A stretch of DNA of 41,009 nt from the IMG/VR virus record IMGVR_UViG_3300024344_000001; one strand, written 5' to 3'. Below the pieces are notes generated by a model. That model was given only the letters and a program-made list of their open reading frames with translations, was not told where the DNA came from and ran no database searches. Positions 36,452-41,009 of the stretch are shown piece after piece. The stretch comes from a virus (Duplodnaviria; Heunggongvirae; Uroviricota; Caudoviricetes). Position numbers and translations under genes: made by a program. Every line of letters starts with the position of its first letter. The stretch's first letter is position 1.

Positions 36452-37485
36452 TGCCAACTACAACATACATTGATCCTACCAGTACAACAGCCGATGGATT
36501 TGACTCAGGCGACTATACTGCTGTAGATGACGGTGTAAGGCAACCTACAACTCCTACTACTACTCCCAGTTCCGAGACCATTTATGATAATGATCCAGGG
36601 GCACATAGTACCACTATGCACTGGTCTACTATTACAGGAGTGGCGAATCGCCGTATTACTGAGATTAAGCTATGGAGATACAGAAGTGGTACTAATAATG
36701 GAGATCTTACATTTGCGACTACATTTAGTACTGCCTTGGGGTCATCTTCTTCTGCGGGGAATGTTGGGTCTTGGTTCCATACCACATGGTCAGGGTTATA
36801 CATAGATGCTTCCTCAAACATAACTCCATCATGCGTAGTCACCTCCCCCTCGTTAGCTAAGGGTGACGGCAGCCACATTTATGCTGCTATGTACATTGAG
36901 TACACCTACGAGGATGAGACTACTGATTACGATGAGTCATACACTCCAGCGACTACTGCGGAAGAAAATGGGGGGACGGTTACATTAAATCCTACAGGGA
37001 CCGTAAATATCGATGATGATGGTAAACTGTTCGCTATGCAGTTCGACAGTATTGTTCTGGATCAGGGGGAGACGGTTACAGAGGCTATTCTGGCCCTGGG
37101 GGTTAATGCAGACACTGAGGGGGAATGCGACCTATGGGGAGATGACTCAGATACGGCATCAAACTTGACGACGGGTGCTTCTAATATTTCCAATAGAACG
37201 TCAACAACGGCGGTAGTCAACTTAGATAACAACACTCCTAACGGAACTACCATATCTATCGATGTAACCTCTGTATTACAAGAAATTGTGGATAGGGGAG
37301 GTTGGTCTACAGGTAACAATATAGTTCTTGTATTAGAGGGTTTTGCTACTAATGTTAATGACTGGGGGATTAACGCGGATATCACACCAGAACTATTCAT
37401 CGATCATCCAAACACAGGTGGCGGTGGTGGGGGCGGGGATGATAACGGAAAAATGGGTAAGTTCTTACTATTTCTCGACACTTAG
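36451..37485 (+). CDS. virion structural protein (beta-sandwich domains)
   Basis: Thr/Ser/Asp rich; DVTSVLQEIVDRGGW..GN motif. Confidence 0.65.
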   Translation: MPTTTYIDPTSTTADGFDSGDYTAVDDGVRQPTTPTTTPSSETIYDNDPGAHSTTMHWSTITGVANRRITEIKLWRYRSGTNNGDLTFATTFSTALGSSSSAGNVGSWFHTTWSGLYIDASSNITPSCVVTSPSLAKGDGSHIYAAMYIEYTYEDETTDYDESYTPATTAEENGGTVTLNPTGTVNIDDDGKLFAMQFDSIVLDQGETVTEAILALGVNADTEGECDLWGDDSDTASNLTTGASNISNRTSTTAVVNLDNNTPNGTTISIDVTSVLQEIVDRGGWSTGNNIVLVLEGFATNVNDWGINADITPELFIDHPNTGGGGGGGDDNGKMGKFLLFLDT

Positions 37486-37516
37486 CTTAAAAAGTGTATA
37501 ATAACGTAGAAAGACT

Positions 37517-37711
37517 ATGATGTATAGGCGATTTTCAGTGTACGTAAGTTCTAAGGATGCTGAAAGAATAGAGGACGCAATTTGCGAACTCGAAGGTCAA
37601 CAAGTAAAGTTTGGGTATGCCAGACAGAAAGTGGTAGAAAAGCATATTTTCGAATACGTACAGAAATGTGTAGATGAGTGGGAAGCAAATCCCACACCAG
37701 GAGAGATCTAA
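37517..37711 (+). CDS. small hypothetical protein
   Basis: ORF track; follows the late motif at 37494. Confidence 0.5.
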   Translation: MMYRRFSVYVSSKDAERIEDAICELEGQQVKFGYARQKVVEKHIFEYVQKCVDEWEANPTPGEI

Positions 37712-37902
37712 TGTTTTCCTCACAGGCTATTAGTACATTACCGATATCGTCTACCATACAAATGGTGAAGACACATAACGGGCTGGAAGAGATTTTCCTG
37801 ATGCCCGTACAACAACAAGATCCAACTACCCTATCTATCCAGATGCAGGTAGCTTTTACCTTACCAGTAGATAAACTTCGTACAACCTCCCTAGAGAGCT
37901 AA
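37711..37902 (+). CDS. small virion-associated protein (MFSSQAISTLPIS...)
   Basis: ORF track with start adjusted; AGGAG SD, TAATG coupling. Confidence 0.55.
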   Translation: MFSSQAISTLPISSTIQMVKTHNGLEEIFLMPVQQQDPTTLSIQMQVAFTLPVDKLRTTSLES

Positions 37903-37903
37903 T

Positions 37904-38215
37904 ATGCCTAGTCAAATTCAAGTAGATGATATCGGCACTAGATTGAAGGTAACCATCGTTGATGACGATGTAGCCGTTGATATCTCCGCAGCCAGTCTGA
38001 GAGAGATCACACTCAAGAAGCCAGATGATTCCATCGTTACCAGAACCGCTTCGGTTATTGGTGATGGTAGTTCTACGTCTGGGGTCATGTATTATGACAT
38101 TGTATCTGGTGACCTGGATCAACCTGGTCTTTACAAGATTCAGGGTAAGGTCAGTATTCCGAGTGGTACGTTCAATACCGCCGTTGGTACATTCAAAGTT
38201 CACTGTAACCTATAA
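37904..38215 (+). CDS. BppU-N-like Ig-fold virion protein
   Basis: DIGT.L..TI.D....VDIS.A......KKPD...G...Y....GDLDQPG.Y..Q pattern. Confidence 0.7.
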   Translation: MPSQIQVDDIGTRLKVTIVDDDVAVDISAASLREITLKKPDDSIVTRTASVIGDGSSTSGVMYYDIVSGDLDQPGLYKIQGKVSIPSGTFNTAVGTFKVHCNL

Positions 38216-38224
38216 GGGGTAATC

Positions 38225-38725
38225 ATGTCTTGGCAAGGTAATACAATCGCCGTAGTAAGGCAGCTTATAGGTGACACTGATTCTACTAGTTACACCTACT
38301 CAGATACGAGAATTGAAACTACCGTTCTGACGGCTGCTATGCTGGTAAACACAAACACAAATTTTACAAACACATACACCATAGATATCGAAGGATGTAG
38401 CATTTCCCCAGATCCGACTGATACTGCAACTAAGGATGATCCATTTGTTGCTCTTATTAGTTTGAAGTCGGCGTGCATAATTGTGGGATCTGAAGTCCGT
38501 AAAGAAAGCGGTAACGCTATTTCTATCAAAGACGGCCCATCTGCTATTGACTTACGTGGTGTAACCGATACTTTACTCAAGCTGTACAAGAACCTGTGTG
38601 ACAAGTTTGAGGAAACTCTGTTCCAGTACCGTGCTGGGGACAGTGTTGCAGGTCAGGCTATTCTAACGCCGTATAGTCCAGGTTCAGACGCATTCACTAA
38701 TAACTCAAACCATAGGTTCCAGTAG
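38225..38725 (+). CDS. head-tail adaptor-like protein
   Basis: VRQLIGDTD...Y.YSD..I N-terminus. Confidence 0.65.
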   Translation: MSWQGNTIAVVRQLIGDTDSTSYTYSDTRIETTVLTAAMLVNTNTNFTNTYTIDIEGCSISPDPTDTATKDDPFVALISLKSACIIVGSEVRKESGNAISIKDGPSAIDLRGVTDTLLKLYKNLCDKFEETLFQYRAGDSVAGQAILTPYSPGSDAFTNNSNHRFQ

Positions 38726-38734
38726 GAGAGATAA

Positions 38735-39652
38735 ATGGCTACAGTAAGAGACTCAGGATCTATTTTTTCCTCAGTAAACACAGACTGGGCTGACAATAAC
38801 GCCGGTAATATTTCCGCTCAAGACATTAGAGTACCCATAGAAGACTTAATCGTTTCTATGGTCGCTATTGTTGGTAGTGGCGATATGGACGTTAAATACC
38901 CATTCTATAACGATGTAAGACTAAAGAAGATTGGTAGTGCTGGTGGTACTCTAAATGTAGAGTCTGGCATCATGTTCCCCAACGCCCCTAATAACTCATC
39001 TTCACGTCAAGTTGAGCCGTTCTTGGGTGTAGGAAATCTACAGCATAATAGCCTAGGTGGTTTAACCACGGGCGATCCTCATACTCAGTATGTATCCATT
39101 AGTGGTATTAAAGCCGGTCGAGTAATGACTGGTAACCTGGGTATTGGTAATAACGTTATCGGTGCTTCTGGTACCGGTTTAGGTTTTAAGTTCGCCCCTA
39201 ATGCCAGTGGTACAGAAACCATTGAAGTCAAGGGCGGGGCTATAAAGTTCCAGGATAATTCTTTTGTGGATACCTTCAAGGGTACTGCTAAGGCATATTT
39301 GAACTTTGATGCCAGTGGAACTAATATCAGATCCTACTACAATATTAAGCATGTGCGTAAGATTGCCACAGGTAAGTTTGCTATCACTTTCACTAGTGGT
39401 GCCTTAGCGGATAATAACTACGTTGTGTCTGCACTATCTAATGCGACTACAGCCAGTGGTTCTCCAGAAGACTTTGATATTAACACGGCTGCATGTGTAT
39501 CTAGATCTGGTGATGACTCTAGTCAGTTGAGAAGCTGCACCTTTGTTGTTAGAAACGACAACGGCGAATATGTTGACGCTGAAATCAATGACTTCGTAGT
39601 GTATGGTCGTCAGCCAAATGAAACTTCAGGTACCGTTCCAACTATCTCTTAA
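38735..39652 (+). CDS. virion/fibre protein
   Basis: ADNNAGNISAQDIR N-terminus similar to 26083; DPHTQY; AKAYLNFD...IRSYYNI..V....TG.F.ITF domain. Confidence 0.7.
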   Translation: MATVRDSGSIFSSVNTDWADNNAGNISAQDIRVPIEDLIVSMVAIVGSGDMDVKYPFYNDVRLKKIGSAGGTLNVESGIMFPNAPNNSSSRQVEPFLGVGNLQHNSLGGLTTGDPHTQYVSISGIKAGRVMTGNLGIGNNVIGASGTGLGFKFAPNASGTETIEVKGGAIKFQDNSFVDTFKGTAKAYLNFDASGTNIRSYYNIKHVRKIATGKFAITFTSGALADNNYVVSALSNATTASGSPEDFDINTAACVSRSGDDSSQLRSCTFVVRNDNGEYVDAEINDFVVYGRQPNETSGTVPTIS

Positions 39653-39662
39653 GGGTAAATAA

Positions 39663-41009
39663 ATGTCCATAGAAATTGTACTAAAAGACAGAATAAAAGA
39701 GATTAGTCACTCTACCGGTACAGGCAATTTCCAGTTGGATGGTGCCGCTACTGGGTACAGTGCCTTTAGTGGTATTGTTCCGTTCAATAGTACGGTATTC
39801 TACTGCATCCGAGATAACAGTAATTATGAAGTGGGTTCTGGTCAGCTATTGACCAGCGGTAGTGACGCCGTTATTTCAAGGTATCCATACCAGTCCACAA
39901 ACAGTAACAACCGGGTGAATTTTGGTGCGGGTGTAAAAGAGGTATTCGTTACTTATCCAGGTAAGTATTCGGTAATCTCCGCTCTCCCAAATGACACCCA
40001 ACCGGCCAAGAGTGGTATTCCTTTTTGGAATAACGCTCACACACTAAACTATGACTCCAATTTCATCTGGGATTCAACCAGGGGAAGAATGGGGGTTCGT
40101 AGAGTAGACCCACTTTACACTATTGATCTAGGTGGAACAGAAACGGAATCACATATCAGAGCTTCTGGTTTTATCGCGGGCGATTCCGGTATTATGTTCT
40201 CTGGTGTTAGTGCTACCGGTGGTCGTCAGACTGAGCCATTTTTACGCAATATTGCAGATACAGTCACAGGTCTTGATGGAATTATTTCCCTCAGTGGTGA
40301 GGTTGATGAAAGACTACAACTTGAGAAACAGGTTCCAACAGCAGTATTTGCGGGACCGCTTTCTTCTTGTGGGTGCGTTTCCGATTACCCTACATTCAGA
40401 CTTCTTACTTCTGGTGATATTCCAGATCTATCATTCCATTATGGTAAACAGTATAATAATGCGAATATTGGTTCCGTTTCTGTTTACAAAAGTAGTGGTA
40501 TTTATCAATTCGATAATTATCTAAGATGGGATGTTACTAATAATAGACTTGGTGTTAACAAGCAGATCCCCGTATACACCCTGGATGTAGATGGTACTGT
40601 AGGTATCAGTGGTAACATGGTTGGTAGCGGTAACTGGTCTACCTCTGGTACGCTTGGCGTAGATGGTATAGCCACCTTCGGAAGTAATGTGATTATTGGG
40701 GGAAATCTTGATGTACAGGGTAATGTAACTTACATAGACTCCGCTACAGTAACTGTACTCGATAAGCAGATTGAACTTGGTTCCCTAAGTGGTACCGCCG
40801 TATATGACGAGAGTCAGCTTAACGATGCCGGTCTTACTGTGCTTTCAACTACTGCCGCGTCTGGTGATAAGCAGTGGGTATGGAAGGGTTCTAATAACAG
40901 ATGGAACACAAGTGCCGGAATTGGTATCAGTGTATCCGGTCAAATTCACGGTGGTTCTGGATTAAGTGTTCAAACTATTAACGTGGGTAATGCTGCTGGT
41001 GGACTGAAC
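39663..41009 (+). CDS. tail fibre-like protein (partial), paralog of 33591..35936
   Basis: Not in the ORF track; hand translation MSIEIVLKDRIKEISHSTGTGNFQLDGAATGYSAF...YEVGSG...KEVFVTYPG; appears open to the window end. Confidence 0.8.
   Translation, partial: MSIEIVLKDRIKEISHSTGTGNFQLDGAATGYSAFSGIVPFNSTVFYCIRDNSNYEVGSGQLLTSGSDAVISRYPYQSTNSNNRVNFGAGVKEVFVTYPGKYSVISALPNDTQPAKSGIPFWNNAHTLNYDSNFIWDSTRGRMGVRRVDPLYTIDLGGTETESHIRASGFIAGDSGIMFSGVSATGGRQTEPFLRNIADTVTGLDGIISLSGEVDERLQLEKQVPTAVFAGPLSSCGCVSDYPTFRLLTSGDIPDLSFHYGKQYNNANIGSVSVYKSSGIYQFDNYLRWDVTNNRLGVNKQIPVYTLDVDGTVGISGNMVGSGNWSTSGTLGVDGIATFGSNVIIGGNLDVQGNVTYIDSATVTVLDKQIELGSLSGTAVYDESQLNDAGLTVLSTTAASGDKQWVWKGSNNRWNTSAGIGISVSGQIHGGSGLSVQTINVGNAAGGLN

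Noticed and set aside
11915-40524. Minus-strand and out-of-frame ORFs in the late region (e.g. 23436..23918, poly-Val 30375..30569 and 31881..32063, 40132..40524)
   Set aside because: Antisense or frame shadows of well-supported structural genes.
33591-41009. Diversity-generating retroelement acting on the fibres
   Set aside because: No reverse transcriptase, and no template/variable repeat pair differing only at adenines was seen.

Overview
This window is part of a large tailed dsDNA phage genome (Caudoviricetes) with two divergent halves. Left (1 to ~10,460, all minus strand): a dense early-type accessory region of small genes (DUF932-like, GP88-like, many acidic or basic mini-proteins). 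It is driven by about 15 near-consensus sigma70 promoters and also carries tRNA-Glu(UUC) and two atypical tRNA-like RNAs. Six doublets plus one single copy of a 9-7-9 palindrome (consensus TAAGTCCTT-N7-AAGGACTTA, often extended GACG...CGTC) cut this region into 1.1-2.1 kb modules. Each cluster sits just upstream of a promoter, and the sites resemble tyrosine-recombinase or attC-like cassette boundaries. Right (~10,700 to 41,009, plus strand): a late packaging and morphogenesis module with a short sigma factor, sulfotransferase, GDP-mannose 4,6-dehydratase, HNH, ERCC4 nuclease, ClpP-like protease, TerL, portal, protease/scaffold, decoration protein, major capsid protein, Ser-Gly-rich fibre/virion proteins and a GT2 glycosyltransferase. 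A GTGTATAATA motif precedes five gene blocks there. Best candidates for new biology: (1) the palindrome-delimited cassette array; (2) a tRNA-shaped RNA with an AUA anticodon and an 89-nt folded domain in its variable arm; (3) a stand-alone protein whose N-terminus copies a 43-aa segment of the portal (31/43 identical); (4) a possible sulfated-glycan virion coat. All calls come from manual reading; no database searches were run.
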